DNA of 64,000 bases. Source: Zancudomyces culisetae HAW-14-8. Its lineage: Eukaryota; Fungi; Kickxellomycota. Positions 43,989 to 58,074 of this stretch are shown here, one piece after another. How positions within the stretch are numbered: the first letter of the stretch is position 1; the number at the start of each line of letters is the position of its first letter. A program made the position numbers and the translations under genes. The stretch lies in the NCBI GenBank assembly GCA_052426225.1, contig JBNJNM010000011.1, positions 3,100,001 to 3,164,000 on the forward strand, given 5' to 3'. The notes under the pieces are model-generated. The model ran no database searches. It was not told where the DNA came from and saw nothing but the letters and a program-made list of their open reading frames with translations.

Positions 43989-44627
43989 CTAGCAGTATGG
44001 CAAATACTTTAGATAAGTCTGCCCTGCTGGGATCTGTGCAAGGGACATTGACCAATAAGGACCCACCTTTCCCACACCAACGGCATTTACTTTGGGATTA
44101 AGCAGGTTTGCATTGTGTACAGGCGAATTTTTCCAAGCCTGGATTAGCTCTTTTGCACTTTTTTGCCCGTACGCAACATTCTCAGCATAAGAGGACCATT
44201 TAATATTTGCAACTGTGGATAGCCGATTCCCAAGGTTACCATTTGGATCATCGTGCGTCATTGTAGCAATGGAATTTTGGTATACCGAATGTGCTTTGGC
44301 ATCTTCATTGAGACTAAGTAGCACATACAACACCCCCAAATTATTCTGCGTTCTATACTTGTTGGTCTCACATACCAAAGCCCACAATTCTTTCTGAGTA
44401 TCTCCATCAACTGCACCCGACTGCCTCTTGTGATTACTATTACTTCCCCCCCTATCACCACCTATATCAACGTTTCCATACCCATTTGTCTTTTCTGCAA
44501 ACGCACTTGCCTCGCTCTCCCTCTTTCTCAGTCCCCGATGCACTACGCTATCCACCTCGTATATCAAACTCGACGCCATTGAGATGGCGAATACTAGACC
44601 CAATCTTGGTATTCTTGATATTCTCAT
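43989..44627 (-). CDS. Secreted CAP/SCP-domain protein (YkwD-like)
   Basis: Signal-like N-terminus and dibasic sites (RKR, KR). CAP motifs TNKYR, AKAHS..., MTH, ENVAYGQ, WKNSPVHNANLL...VGVG. Confidence 0.85.
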   Translation of the reverse strand: MRISRIPRLGLVFAISMASSLIYEVDSVVHRGLRKRESEASAFAEKTNGYGNVDIGGDRGGSNSNHKRQSGAVDGDTQKELWALVCETNKYRTQNNLGVLYVLLSLNEDAKAHSVYQNSIATMTHDDPNGNLGNRLSTVANIKWSSYAENVAYGQKSAKELIQAWKNSPVHNANLLNPKVNAVGVGKVGPYWSMSLAQIPAGQTYLKYLPYC

Positions 44628-46916
44628 TTCTAAAATTTTACTTGTTATTCTCTTTGGTCCCTTTTAAAGGTCATTAAAATATAATGGTTTTTGGTGTAAA
44701 TAAATCTGTTATTTGATATGTCTATACACATATACATTAAAGAAACACTAGTTACTACTCAAATCTAGACTTATACTTGTTTATATTCAGCTGATGATAA
44801 TTCAAGCAGTTGAAAGTTGAGAGCAAACCCGAACCCTTCGTATACCATTTATATATTTTTTTCAATAACCCACATCATCTTTCTTGACTCCTTAAATCTT
44901 GAAGTCGATTATCTCATGGATCTCAGAAAGTAGGAGTGCGAACCAGCCTCTCTGTATGCATCATCAAAAGCTTTTTTCACACATTTCTACGCGTTTATTT
45001 CTTTCCGGAAAAAAAGTCACACCCTTTAACTTACTAATGAGAGTTTGTTTTTTATTATTTACATGATCGTTTCTTCCACACTCTGAAGTAATGTGAGGAA
45101 GGAGCATGGTAGTTTTGGGTAGATTTGTCTGGGTTGTCTTTTTTGGATAACTCTTTCTTATGCTTCTCAAAGGTGCTTTAACATTGGGGTTGATGGTTAT
45201 ATTACATAACAGTATAACTACTCCCAATAACCCATATTTGAACGGCTAATGTGTGAATAAACTGTTTGGCCATATATATAAACACGTTTTAGATCCAACA
45301 GATCCGAGTCATATATAATATGGTTATGGTTACTTCATTACATATTTGCATATCATTTTGATTTGCTTGTGAAGCAAGTCCGGCAATTTTTGCTTTTTGA
45401 TCAAAGTACAACTTTGTCATATATCTTTTGTATCCTCCTGTTCTAAAGCTGACATTGAATGAAATTATAGTGTACTCGTTTTGTGGTCTGACTCTCAAAT
45501 TGTTGATCTATAAACTAGAGCCAATTCACTCAATGGTAATCAGATCCGATGCTTAAATGGACAATTAAGGTGAAATTGAGCAATTTTATGATCTTATTTT
45601 AATGAAAACCCATAGCAAAACTTATTACAGGAATAGAATCATGAGTATTCGTGCTCCTAGCTACTAGGCTATTTTGTTTTTTTTTTTAGAAAAATATCTC
45701 CGTGGAACTGGTATGGATAGTTTGTTTATCATAATATCTTATACATGTCCATGTAACATGCGTGGAAATATATGAACAATAAAAATGCCGTTTTAATGTA
45801 TAGTAATTCATTATTCTTGTCTCGAGATGAGTATTACTCACATAAATTTTGTAGATATTTATGCTTGTACACGCTCATCACAAACAAAAATACATAATGT
45901 ACTTGAGTAGTTTAATATGACAAAGATGTAGCAGTGTCTCGAAAAAACGCAGTCTGGCCTCTGACATTAGAGAGCTATGCTTCCTCAATTTGTAAGGTTT
46001 ATTTGTACTACTTCGTAAACCTATTTGGGAGTGAGATGATGGAAAATAGGTACATTGTGTTGTTTTCCAATTAACTTTGCGGTATCCTCATCAAAAAAAA
46101 AAAGTAAACTTCATATTGATGGTATTATAGACTTTCTCCGTCTAGAACGTATCAGCTGCCAATCAGATGACAAAATGAATATTTATGCCAATTGTACATG
46201 CATAAATGGTAAACAAGCTGGATAATGTGTGCAAACAAATGTCTTTAAAGTGAATTAGGAAATGTAAGACAGTTGCAAATACCAGGATTGGTGGGTGGTA
46301 CATTACACATGTTAGCCGATATAGACTCTGTCGCATTTTTATCAAGTTTTGTTTTTCACCAAATAGTAAATAGAGGAGGGGAGAGTGGGGGGGGTGCGAG
46401 AAACGGAAATAACACCAAATGGTAAATTTGACCATTGGATCCATACATTTTCACCAGATGGTTGATTAGAGTGAACTGTGTCCATCGAAGCCAATCCTCT
46501 CATTCCGTTATTTATATCTTTTCCTTTATGCATATCCAAAACCCTGGCAAGTTTTTTTGTTTGAGCTATTTCAAAAAACAAAAAAAACAGTGATTTCTTA
46601 TTGGGTATTGATACGGCATAGGTAGAGCAATATCCATAGCGCGGGTATTAAAGCAACGCCGGTTCTGATCATGAGGTCGCCAATAATTTGTACAACAGAA
46701 GCACAGCCCGTGCTCAGATTCTTTCATTGTATTACCCCGGATGCTCTGACTGCTATATCCGTTTAAAATATAAAAAGGGTAAAAGGCCGACAGGGGGATT
46801 ATACTTTTAAAATAAGTATATTTCTCTGATGATTGAAGGCACACAGTATTGCTTGTATTATCTTTATTTAACGAACATACACTCACGATATAATATACTG
46901 AGTAGATAATTTTTGA

Positions 46917-49237
46917 ATGATAAAATACTTTTTTAAAAAAATGAACTTTGCCAGGACAGCTAAGCTAGGTCAAATGAAACTGACCCGTGGATTTCAAAAT
47001 TTTAAACCCCTTATAGCAAGAAGTACCACAAGGGGTTTTAGATCAGTAGGTGAAAAAGGCAAAATGCTATCGTATAGGGGGGTGGAAAGCTGCCATCTTG
47101 TTTCAAAATCTCCGAAACTACCTGTAATGAAGAGCTCGCGAGGCTCTCTCTCTAAACAGGCGTTTTTCAGTTCGTATTCACACACAAAAGAGAGAATACT
47201 AGGAAATAATGATATATACTATTTGATACTTGGTCTCTTTGGGACAGTTGTGGGAATTTCAATGTTTGGTGAGCATTACCAGAGTGACTGTAGCGTTGAA
47301 CTCTACAATGAAAGTGTTTTGGGGACTAGGGATATTCCTATTCAGGAAAAAGAAATGCAAGACAACACTGCCTCAAATAAAAAGGACTCATCCGGCACTA
47401 GTAATGTTGAAGGTGAGTTCGTAGATATAGAGACGCCGCTTAGTGTCGAGAATCAGGTAACTTGGACCTGGAAACACCCAGGCTTATACGCCTGGGGATC
47501 AAACGAGTGAGTATTAAAAATAAGAGTTTTTTATTTTATTTACTGAATTATGTTACTTTTTCTTTATCCGGATTCTAGAGAAACTCTATCTTAATATCAA
47601 AAAAAACTATCAAATAGACATGGTACACTTGATCCGGAGCACACAGACGTGAAGGAATACCATCATCCACACAGCGTTGGATTTTTTGATGGAAAGCTGC
47701 TTCGATCTGTCTCATTTTCCGAGTTACACGCAGGTTAGTAGTAATATTAATGACTATAGTAATTCCTAACTTGAGAAACAAGATTATTGTTGACAAAACG
47801 AGTAAAAATCTGTACAAATAAATACTTGTAGCTGCGCTTGACGAAAACGGAAATTTATTTCAGTGGGGAGAGCGTGTGTTTGGATCAAGGGATTCGCACA
47901 AGCCGATATTGTCATTTAGTGACCCAACTGCACGAAAGGTTGTGACGAGCGAGAGTAAGGTGTTTGTGTTAAGTGGTGATAACACCGTTACAATGCTTGA
48001 CGCCAAAAACGAGCTGAAAGACGAGCATTCATCACTCGCATTTTCTCCAAGGCTCGATGATGATGAGGAAGTGTATTCCATTTCTGCTGGATTGAACCAT
48101 ATTGCGCTTACCACGAGTAAGGGTAAGGTATTTACTGGAAAGATAGACAAAAAGGGCAATGAACGTGGACAAACGGGATTCAAAGTAAAGGATACTCTTG
48201 AAAGTGACAGAGAGGGTCCAGTTTGTGAACTCAAACAGCTTGAAGATATTAAAGACTGTATTGAGGTCTCATGTGGAGATAACCACACAGTGCTCAGAAC
48301 TGCAGATGGAAGTGTGTACAGTTTTGGTGATAATGAATTCGGTCAGCTTGGAGTAGGGAATGTAGGCCACGATAGAGGATATATTGACAAACCCACGCTT
48401 ATCCCCAGAACACTGTTTCAGTCAACAGGAAAAAAGACACCGCCTGACACAATTGGAGTAGAAGCCGGTGGGAATACCACATACTTTGTAAATCATGTCT
48501 TTCACGCACCCTCGGACAACCCTTCGCTTGTAGAGGTGTTTGCAGCAGGCGAGGGTTCGAGTGGACAGCTAGGTGCTAGAGCATACAATACCAAACAGGA
48601 TACGCCGCTGAAGATTCAACAAATTTCAGACAAAGTTGAGTACAATGAAAATTTCCATGAGTTGAAATCCATCGGCGTGTACTCTCTTTCTGCTGGACGA
48701 AACCACGCTGTATTGGTGGAAGATAATGCAGTGAATGTTCATGAGAATACGCCTTTGGCTATTGAAGAGGAAAAAGGGGAGAACTTGCATTATTATGGTA
48801 GAGATGTGTTGTTATGGGGAAACAATTTACATGGTCAGTGTATCCCAAAGGGTATTTTACGTGTGGGTAAACCTTCATACTCCAAACCACTGGAATCAGA
48901 GATAACTCAGGTTGAAACTTGTGAGCCTACAATACATAATGATCCTGACATCTTCAGTAATGCCACCATATCAGGAAAATCTCGGGATCATATGTCAAGG
49001 CCTATAATGAACGCCGATCCACGGCTACAAGCTGCACCCGCAAAAGTTGTAAACAGAGTAGACTTTGCTAACAATATTGCAAAAAGGGAAGAAAATATAA
49101 TCAATAATATACCATTGCCACCCATTAGGGACCTCGCTCTTAACATTTTGTATTTGAATGATAGTATCGAGGTTAAGGTAGAGCAGAGTTTTACTGCTGG
49201 TCATAATGTAACTGCAGCATATTTAAGGCCATTGTAA
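46917..49237 (+). CDS. RCC1-repeat mitochondrial membrane protein (Fmp25-like); 3 exons
   Basis: Exons 46917-47506, 47618-47733, 47832-49237. R/K/S-rich presequence, one TM, PGLYAWGSN. RCC1 repeats ISAGLNH, VSCGDNHT...SFGDNEFGQLG, LSAGRNH, WGNNLHGQC. The start could be the ATG at 46941. Confidence 0.82.
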
Positions 49238-49593
49238 AAATCTGTTTATTTGCTCTAATTTCTGATATATCACCGCCAATTACTTTATAGCTCGGTTTAA
49301 TAGTGCGTTTCTCATCGTGGTGGAAGTAGGTGATTTGGAGTATTAGGTGAAACTTTAACCATGTATTGATATTTTTTTTCTGTGAAAAGTAGTGAATAAA
49401 AAAGAGCCAGTTCGTTTATTTTTCATTTTGAATTGAACATATTTATAATAAAGCAAAAAAATTTATATTAAATTAAATATCAATGATCTTCATGGCTAGG
49501 TGAACAAAAGGTAGAGTAAAAGCGAAAAAAAAATAATAGGAAAAACCGATTTCTTGATCAAAAAATCAAAGATAAAAATACTATTAACCAAAG

Positions 49594-50845
49594 ATGAGTA
49601 AAGGAATCTTGCCTAGTATCTCGTTCCTCAAATCCATAGGAAGGAATTCAATCTTTTCATGCCAACGCTCTTTTTCTACGGGATTTTCAGTATATAAAGA
49701 GAACATTGCATCAGGTAATTTCAGAATTTTCCTTTTTAGTAAATGGTAACAACATTAGGAACAGAATCAATTGTCTTCATACCACCCAAATATAGGTACA
49801 TCCAAGAGATTTTGGAAACATGCTACTGTAGATCAGACAGGTGATGGGCGATATAAAATAAAGCTAGATAATCGGGTGTTGAAGATTCCTGAGAGCCAGG
49901 GCGCTGAATTGCTCATTGATTCAAGACAAAGATTATTCGCAGCCCTAATAGCTGCTGAATGGGAGGCGGTGGAAAAACTGAGTGGTCCGCATACCCTTCC
50001 ATTGGTAATTTTTTTTACTAACTGAAATATATATATGTCGAAAAAAAGCATGTGCAATGTAATTTGTTCGATTGGCTAACTTTAAATAGACATCGATGGC
50101 GATAAGGGCGCACAATGATCTTGATACAGCGGAAAAAAGACGGGATTTGGTTCGGAACCTAATGAAATACTTTAATTCTGACTCTATTCTGTTTCAATCT
50201 GACTATCCTGAGCCACTAGTGAAATTACAAAATGAATTTTACAATCCCGTACTGGATTATGTCCAGAAAAAGTTTGGAATGAAACTGGAAATTAACAAAG
50301 GAATAGCATACAGCAGTCAGAGCAAGGAAAACCATACTATTCTGGAGGAATACATACTGAATAACTTTTCTCCTTTAAAATTGGCAGGTACTGCACCATG
50401 AACTCTATCCTCGCTTATTTTTTTTTAGAACATGTATATTCGTATTTATATGTTGATATCTACGAGATGGCTGAAACATGGTTATTTTTGGAAAATATAG
50501 CATTTGAAAAGGCGGTAATCACGTCAAAGTCACTGTTGATCTCGCTCGCAATGATTGAAAGGTATATATCAGTTGAGGACGCAGCAAAGGCCTCCAGAGT
50601 AGAGACATTATCCCAGTTAGAATACTGGGGATATTTAGAAAATGGTAAGCATTTGTGATACTTATACGTATGTATATATGTGTGTATGAATGTTAACACA
50701 GTGAATGTTTTCAAAAAGAATACCTATACATTTCCTGATTGCCATATATACGTACAATACTCAAATACAATTAGCACACGACTTGGAAGAATCTTTGTTA
50801 CTTCAGACTCTGGGCGCCTCAGCGTGTGCAGTTATTGGAACATGA
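49594..50845 (+). CDS. ATP12: F1-ATPase assembly chaperone Atp12; 5 exons
   Basis: Exons 49594-49714, 49796-50004, 50090-50387, 50501-50644, 50775-50845 with consistent phases. Motifs KRFWK, LDNRVLKIP, IAAEWE, HTLPL|TSMAIRA, SKSLLI, SRVETLSQLEYWG..E.AHD. Confidence 0.9.
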
Positions 50846-50983
50846 TCGCAAATTTTCACATATAGAGTTTTGATAATAACCGGATAATAATCGGATTAAA
50901 AAAACTTGCAGCACATACATGCTTTAATGAAAAATAGTAGAGTTTTAAATAATAAAAAATGCATAAAAACAAAAAAACGATAA

Positions 50984-52000
50984 CTACACGTAAAAGCCCC
51001 AACCAAAGGTAGACTTAATTGGAGAAAAGTAGTAGTGCTCCCAGTTTCTTTCAGTAATCTCTAGTTCACCAATAGGGACTTCAGATTGTTCCAGTTCCAA
51101 AATTGTAGAATTATCGGTTTGGCTAAGCGAGATACTAACCCTAGAAAAGTGGTTTTGTGGCCAATTTGAATTTCGCCACTTCAAAACTAGGTTTTTGTTT
51201 TTTGTGGATTCCAAAATCTCGCCGGTTACATTCCCACCGAATAATACAAATGGTGAGTTTGGTGCATCGGATACCTGTGCTTTGGAGTCACGAGTCCATG
51301 CAGCTGCCCGCTCGGGGTTTGTAAGAGCATCATACAGAGCATCGGAGGATGCCATAAATTCAGACTTTAGTTTTATAGAACCTGTTGTGGTATGGCTTGC
51401 TGACTGTGTAGCCTTGGCACTGAGTGTCAATCCTGTTTCTCCGGCCTTAAAGGCTGCAGTAACCGATGACACTGATGAATTCGTACTTGCTTTATCTGTT
51501 GACTTTAAAGCACTTCCTTCACGGCTCTCTGGTTTTTCAATATATACATCTTTTAGATTCTCATCGATCAGCGCCTTTGAGAACTCTGCAAAAACCTTCT
51601 TTATTTCCTTTGTTAATTCTTTCCTGGCAATCTCTTTGATCTCCCACCCTTCTGAATCGTCTTTTTCAAGCCTAACATCAAACACATAGTCATCGAGTTC
51701 CGAATCGTGTGCCACTTCTGGAACATTAATGCTACCTTCTGCTTTTTTCCCGGTTTTTTCGTTCTCGCCCTTCCATTTCATGTTTATTTCTAGATCATAC
51801 AATGTAATTATTTTTCCTTTGCGTTGATTTAGTATTGCATCACCCTTTACATCATCCACTTTATCTACATACACCTTTATGCTGCCATTATGAGTTTCGA
51901 TTCCCTTCAGATTTTGCTCAAAGTACTCTTTTGACCACTTCAGGCAGTTTTTCTCTGTCCAATGCCAATTGTTGACATTTTTCCAGTTGGTTTGTGACAT
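50984..52000 (-). CDS. AHA1: Hsp90 co-chaperone Aha1
   Basis: NxNNWHW motif (NVNNWHWTEKNC), NQRKGK, and a C-terminal AHSA1/SRPBCC domain ending NWEHYYFSPIKSTFGWG. Confidence 0.96.
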   Translation of the reverse strand: MSQTNWKNVNNWHWTEKNCLKWSKEYFEQNLKGIETHNGSIKVYVDKVDDVKGDAILNQRKGKIITLYDLEINMKWKGENEKTGKKAEGSINVPEVAHDSELDDYVFDVRLEKDDSEGWEIKEIARKELTKEIKKVFAEFSKALIDENLKDVYIEKPESREGSALKSTDKASTNSSVSSVTAAFKAGETGLTLSAKATQSASHTTTGSIKLKSEFMASSDALYDALTNPERAAAWTRDSKAQVSDAPNSPFVLFGGNVTGEILESTKNKNLVLKWRNSNWPQNHFSRVSISLSQTDNSTILELEQSEVPIGELEITERNWEHYYFSPIKSTFGWGFYV

Positions 52001-54565
52001 TTTGCCCTCGGTAATTCTTTTTCAACTCCTTTCGTTGTGGAAATAAAAATGTTCTTTCGGCTTTGCCTTCCGTAATATCGCTGAACTCTTCAAAAGCAGT
52101 ACCAGAATTTATACTGAACGAAATCTTTTACTAAAAAAAAAAGCAAAACCAGCAACAACGCCCCTCATGTCTCCATTTAATTCGATTTTTATACTTGTAG
52201 CGAATAACCACGGACCGGTGGCTTTTTCCATAGAAAAAAGGTCTAGGTTTCAGTTTCTCCTCAATTGCTTTTAGATGTCATATTTGATTTGCTCATACTG
52301 CACATCTTCAAGCTGGTCAAATAGAAAAAAAATTTTTTGCACGCAAATCCAAGTGTTAGAGTTTACACCTCTCAAATTTTAGGAGGCATTGGGTATTTGT
52401 AATTTTTTTCTGTGAATTTCTTTCCTTTTCCATAAGGTTCTATGTGTCAAATGTAATATATCTACCTATTGTCAGTACTCAAATCAGAATGATGACCAGC
52501 CAGCAAGTCTGAGTAATTCTTCAATTTATTTTCATATACAAATCTTATAAGATTTTCGTATTTTTTTAAAAAAGGCTGCTCAAATCTAGTTCCCTACCAG
52601 AAAAATATTGCTTTGCGTGCAGACAAGAGGAAAGCAAGAGGTAAATTTGATCATACTTTTCGCCAACCAACTGCTCACCAGCCAACCGTCTCTCTCCCAT
52701 GATTTGGATTCTTGGGTGCTAATTGGTTGTTAAAGTGATGTTATATGACCCATTTACCTCGTTAAGATACTACTGCCACTTATTATATAGAACAATTTAG
52801 TTCCGGTTATTTAGGGACAATAAAAGTGTATACATGAGAACTATCACCCATTTAAGTAAATAGCACATACATAAAACAATATTAAACACAACATTAACAC
52901 GTGGAAAGAAAAGAAGTGAAAAATATATAAAGATTTGGCACAATATGCTCAAGCGCCTAAACAGAGCAAATGTATATTTTTTGTAGTATTTCATTGGTTA
53001 GTAACATTTAAACTACTGATACCAAGAAAATTATACTCACCCAAGACCAATATACCATCAAAGATCATAGAACTCTATATTGTTGCGATTTGCTGCTAAA
53101 CATTCTCACAGTTATAAACATATGTTGCCCCCCCCCCTTTTTTTTCGCTTAATTTCGTTTACACGGCATCGTTTTTCTGAAGATAGTCTCGAAGCGTATA
53201 AGACAGGTAAGGATTAAACACCTGTGGTCGAGTGAGTGTGGTTGTAACACTATATCGTGTACCACACTCACAAAGTTGACAAGGTGATTTGTTTGGTCGT
53301 TGGCAGAAAAGGTATTGAATGCAGCAATGCTGAAAATGGGGCGTTATGCGTGATACATCTCTAGGAGAGACGGGCCAAGTCGAGCTTTTAGAGTTGTTGT
53401 GTATCTGAATATTTTATAAAGGTGTTTGACCATTATATGGTAAGAGAGTAGTCTTAGAGCCAAAATCCAGAAATATCACCAAATAGCTACACTTGGGAAG
53501 TCTTGGTTTTGTTGCGGCTTTATTTGCACCAGAAAAATCAAAACCTCCCAAAAAAAGCAGCTTTATATTTTTATTTGTGGAATATTTTGTTTAATGTATG
53601 TTCCAATTAAACCTTGGTATTGTTTGTGTTGCCAAATCAATTAAAAGGCCGAATAAACAACTCATCTGCAACATTCACATAAACAACTCATAAACATTAT
53701 CAAAGAAATTAGTCAATCAAAGCGGAGCATGTTGGCTATATTTGCATCGCTTTGTATTAGCGAACGGAAAGAAAAGGTACCCAGGTCAATAGCCATTTGC
53801 TTGAACGCATAACCAATAGGTCGCCGACGTTGTGCTGCATGCTATACATCTAAAAATCTGATGATTGTTTGTGCTTATCTGGTCAAGGAGGTATGCGCAA
53901 ATAGTCTACATTTGCAGGATCTGATACACATAAAATTTGGTTGGGTTTCTACAAGTGGTCGAGTAGGCTAGTTTAGAAAGTCAAATAAGCTCTCAGTAAT
54001 TAGTGTTTTTTCTCTCTGCCTTTCACCTTCCACATATCCCTAGCATGTTTATGTGTCCAAATAAAGCGATTACCAACAAAAATATAAAGATGCCAATAAT
54101 CTAGAGTAAATAACACAAGTGTTGTGGCGGAAAGAGAAAGTTGTACCTAGTTGAACTTGAAACGCTCAAGTTTTTATTGATAAATAAAACTCACTTGATT
54201 CATGCATCATAATGGCGAAGGTACAAAAGTTTAAATAAATGTTTATTTAGCAGTTTTTTTTGAAAAAAAAGTGTTGTTCTCTCTTCAGAATAGGACCGGG
54301 ATAGTTAAGAAATTATAGAAGCAGTGATACAATAATAACAGACACACGACTTTATTTTTCTAGAAGACTGTATAAATATTATACTAGGTGACATATTTAC
54401 ATCTAAAATACTTAGTCAAGCGGTCCGAGTGCTAATTGGAGTGCGGTCTTTGATTAAGAGTACTTATACACTTGTTTATAGCTGTTTGAATATTTTTGAG
54501 AGTGAGATAAAAATCGTAGGTATACTATTTATTTTTGTAGTTTTGCAAAAAAAAAAAAGCTAACA

Positions 54566-55908
54566 ATGGACATCGATGTGGATCATGGTACTGTTGGTAC
54601 TGTTGGTACTGTTGGCACTACTCTCGGGCAAAGTAAGGTTGATATGTGCGAGAATGGAAAGGATGTGCGTTCTGACAGCGGAAAAACATTACATGAAAAG
54701 GGGAATGGCAATACGAGTTATACCAAAGAGAACTATGCTGGTATAAATGACGAAAAATACAGAAAAGAACTTTCGAGAAAAGTTTCTCAGGAGTTTTTCG
54801 AAAGCGCCCGTTGCAACAGCAAGAAGGAATTGATTAGTGACTATGTATTTTTTAGAACGGTTGGAACAGGCTCTTTTGGAAGGGTTAGACTAGTCAAGAA
54901 AAAAAACACCAATAAGTTCTGTGCAGTGAAAATAATGTGCAAAAAGGACATTGTGGACTCGAAACAAGTTGAGCATGTTAATAACGAAAGAGCTGTGTTA
55001 TCCTTTTGTGATTCACCATTCCTTGTAAAACTTTATGGCACGAGTCAGGATAGTACGAATATATACATGTTTATGGAGTACGTTGTTGGGGGAGAGCTAT
55101 TTACATATCTAAGGAAGTATAAGGTGATTGGCAAACAGATACTAAAATATATACATTTTTTGTGACATAAGCAGGTGATAAAAGCCTGATATGTGACTAA
55201 AGTACTCTCCAACTTAAATAATACAACTAATCTAATATGTTAACTACTTATTAGAAATTCCCATCACCAGTGGCAAAATTCTATGCGGCGGAGGTGGTAT
55301 CTGCATTCAAGTACCTTCATTCATTCGATTTAGTTTATCGCGATCTGAAACCCGAGAACATCCTTGTTGACTCCACAGGGCATATCAAAATAACAGATAT
55401 GGGATTTGCAAAGTATGTGCCTGATGTTACATGGACACTCTGTGGTACACCTGATTACTTGGCTCCAGAAATTATTCAGGCGAAAGGGTACGGAAAATCT
55501 GTAGATTGGTATTCGCTTGGTGTTTTGATTTTTGAAATGATGACGGGGTACCCTCCGTTTTACGAAAGGGATAAGTATAAGCTTTATGAAAGAATACTGG
55601 CAGGAAGAATCAGATGGCCCGAAACCTTTGATCCTTTGGCAAAGGATCTTGTATCCAGGTTAGCAACACCTGATCTGTCTATCCGTTACGGGAATCTAAG
55701 CAACGGCGTCAATGATATACTCAATCATCCATGGTTTAGTGAAGTTGATTGGGTAAAACTTGAAGAAAGAAGGATTGCACCGCCTCTTATTCCTCAATCC
55801 AAAAAAGAGGGAGATACTAGTAACTTTGACAAATATCCGGAGCCTTTTGAAGTGTATGGTGAAATGTCAGCTCCAGATATCTACAAATCCAAATTTTTAA
55901 AGTTCTGA
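54566..55908 (+). CDS. cAMP-dependent protein kinase catalytic subunit (PKA-C); 2 exons
   Basis: Exons 54566-55123 and 55255-55908. Motifs GTGSFGRV, KQVEHVNNE, GGELF, YRDLKPEN, TWTLCGTPDYLAPE, GDTSNFDKYPE and terminal FxxF (FLKF). Confidence 0.93.
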
Positions 55909-58074
55909 AGGCCTTTTTCTTTTTTTTTTGAAATAGCTAATGATTTGTATACTATAAAACTGCGAATTCTTTAACCATTTTTGTGTGACTTTAAGTTTTG
56001 CTAGCTTGCTATTTAATTATAAAAATATTGACTCGTATTATTGACATAGTAATCTACTTTTTTTAAAAAAAAGAAAGAAGACTGTTATTGATAAGCAGTA
56101 CACACGATTTATAGCTCCAACTAATTAGTAATAACCTGTTTATGTGAACAGGAAAAGATACCAACACTCGATGAATAAACTGTAGCAATCTTTTATGTAC
56201 CTGATTTGCTCTGTGGAATGCTGCGTTTTATGAAACTGTTCAATGGGGGGGGGGGTGTCTTTATCATTCGGAATTAATAATTGCTATCATGGCATAAACG
56301 AGATACGGACTTTCACATCTCTTCATATTCTTGGGCATTACCGGGAACACCAATTGATCCGGGTTTATGTGATTTCCCATGCAGGCAGTCTGTTATAGTA
56401 ATGAGAACTCAATTATATGCTAAAAATAGATTTAAAAAAACACATTTCATTTGTATTTTTCTACCTACTTCTGAAAGAGAGAATATTCAGTTGTGGAAAG
56501 TGAAATTTAAGTAAAAACCACAAGCAGCTATTTCTGTTAGTTGTCAAATAAAAACTTGGACAATATTCAGTGAACAGAGTACCAACTTAAAAGTAGAGAA
56601 AGATGTAGTTGTTAATGAATCTCGGCTCAACCACGCTATACATTCACTTATGCTTGCTCTGTTACCGAAGACGATTCGGTCACCTAGTATGCTTGTGTGA
56701 AAGCTATGGTAAAGTTATTATATCTTTTAGATACATTTTGCACATGCAAACTCACATGTTTGAACGGAAAGTTCAAAGAAATACTCAATTTCTCCAGTAT
56801 TTACTTGAATACCCCTCCCAAAACAAAACTTGCGGAACTTTAATAGCTTTATCGATGGACTAGTGATTTGTAATACGGACCTTATTGATAACACTTTCTC
56901 ACCCATTATAACAAGGAGAATCACCCCCCCCAAAAAGCGTATTTGTATTGAGATAGAGAAGCGGAAACAAATCATACATTTGAAACGCAAATTCTTGGCA
57001 ACAAGATAAAGTTGTACTGCACTACATCTGAGATGTATAGAATGTATACATAACAGTTGAATGGGTTTATTATTTTTTCCCCAATTTTTTCATCTTTTTT
57101 AAACATGTGTCACAAGGTTCTGGGAATAGATCTTGGGCTTGGAGTTTTGAATGAATCTGGCTGGTTTATATTGGTGTATGGCTATTTGTTGAAAAGGTGT
57201 AAGATGGTGTAATAGGTTGTGCAAGACTGCAGGGGAGGTGTCTGTGTTATACTTTTATCGGTTCCTTTTTAAATTGAGCGGAGGATTGAGTCGACAATTA
57301 CGATTTACGACGCGTTGGTGAATTCGTTTTTACCAATAAATGGAGTAGTTTAGGCGTATTGTAGTAAATGCCGAGAAAAAGCAATTAAACCTGTGCTGCA
57401 ATTGGCATGGTCAGAATTAATTTATTAAAAATAACATAATATGCTTGATTGTTTTACCCAGAGCAAAAAAGCGTAGACAATTAAATACAAGTTGTGGTTA
57501 TGAAGCGTTTAAAATGATGCTTAAAAAGAAGCTTTGAATTCGCTAATATTAAAAGTCATAGATGAAAAGAATGACAGTTTTGAAGATTACGAGAATGGTT
57601 GGGGATAAATTACGGTATAATTAGCACGAATTGATTCCAAATAGCTGAAAAAATAAAGGAATATCCAAAAAGTGTAAAATTAGCGTGGTTGGTAATTAAT
57701 TATCTCGACCAATTAGCGAAGCAAAGTGTTTGCGCTCTCACTCGTCTCCTCCCAAAGTTGGGGGTTGTTTGCAATTTATGAAGCTAAATTATAAATTACT
57801 ACACAACCTCGAAAATACAAAAATGAAAAGAAAACCGAAACAAAGGCCAAAGGGCGGTTTTATGTGATACTCATTTAATAAATCCACCTAACAAAAAAAA
57901 AAGTGAAAGGGCTAAATACTGCCACACACGCTGCTTTTCCTTTCTCTCCTTACCATTGCTTACTTTTTTTTTCCTCCATTCAAAATATAATTTATTCTGA
58001 TTGTATACCCAAATATATACTTTTCATTACAGACGCCGGGGGTAGTAAGAAGACACATATATACACACATAAAC

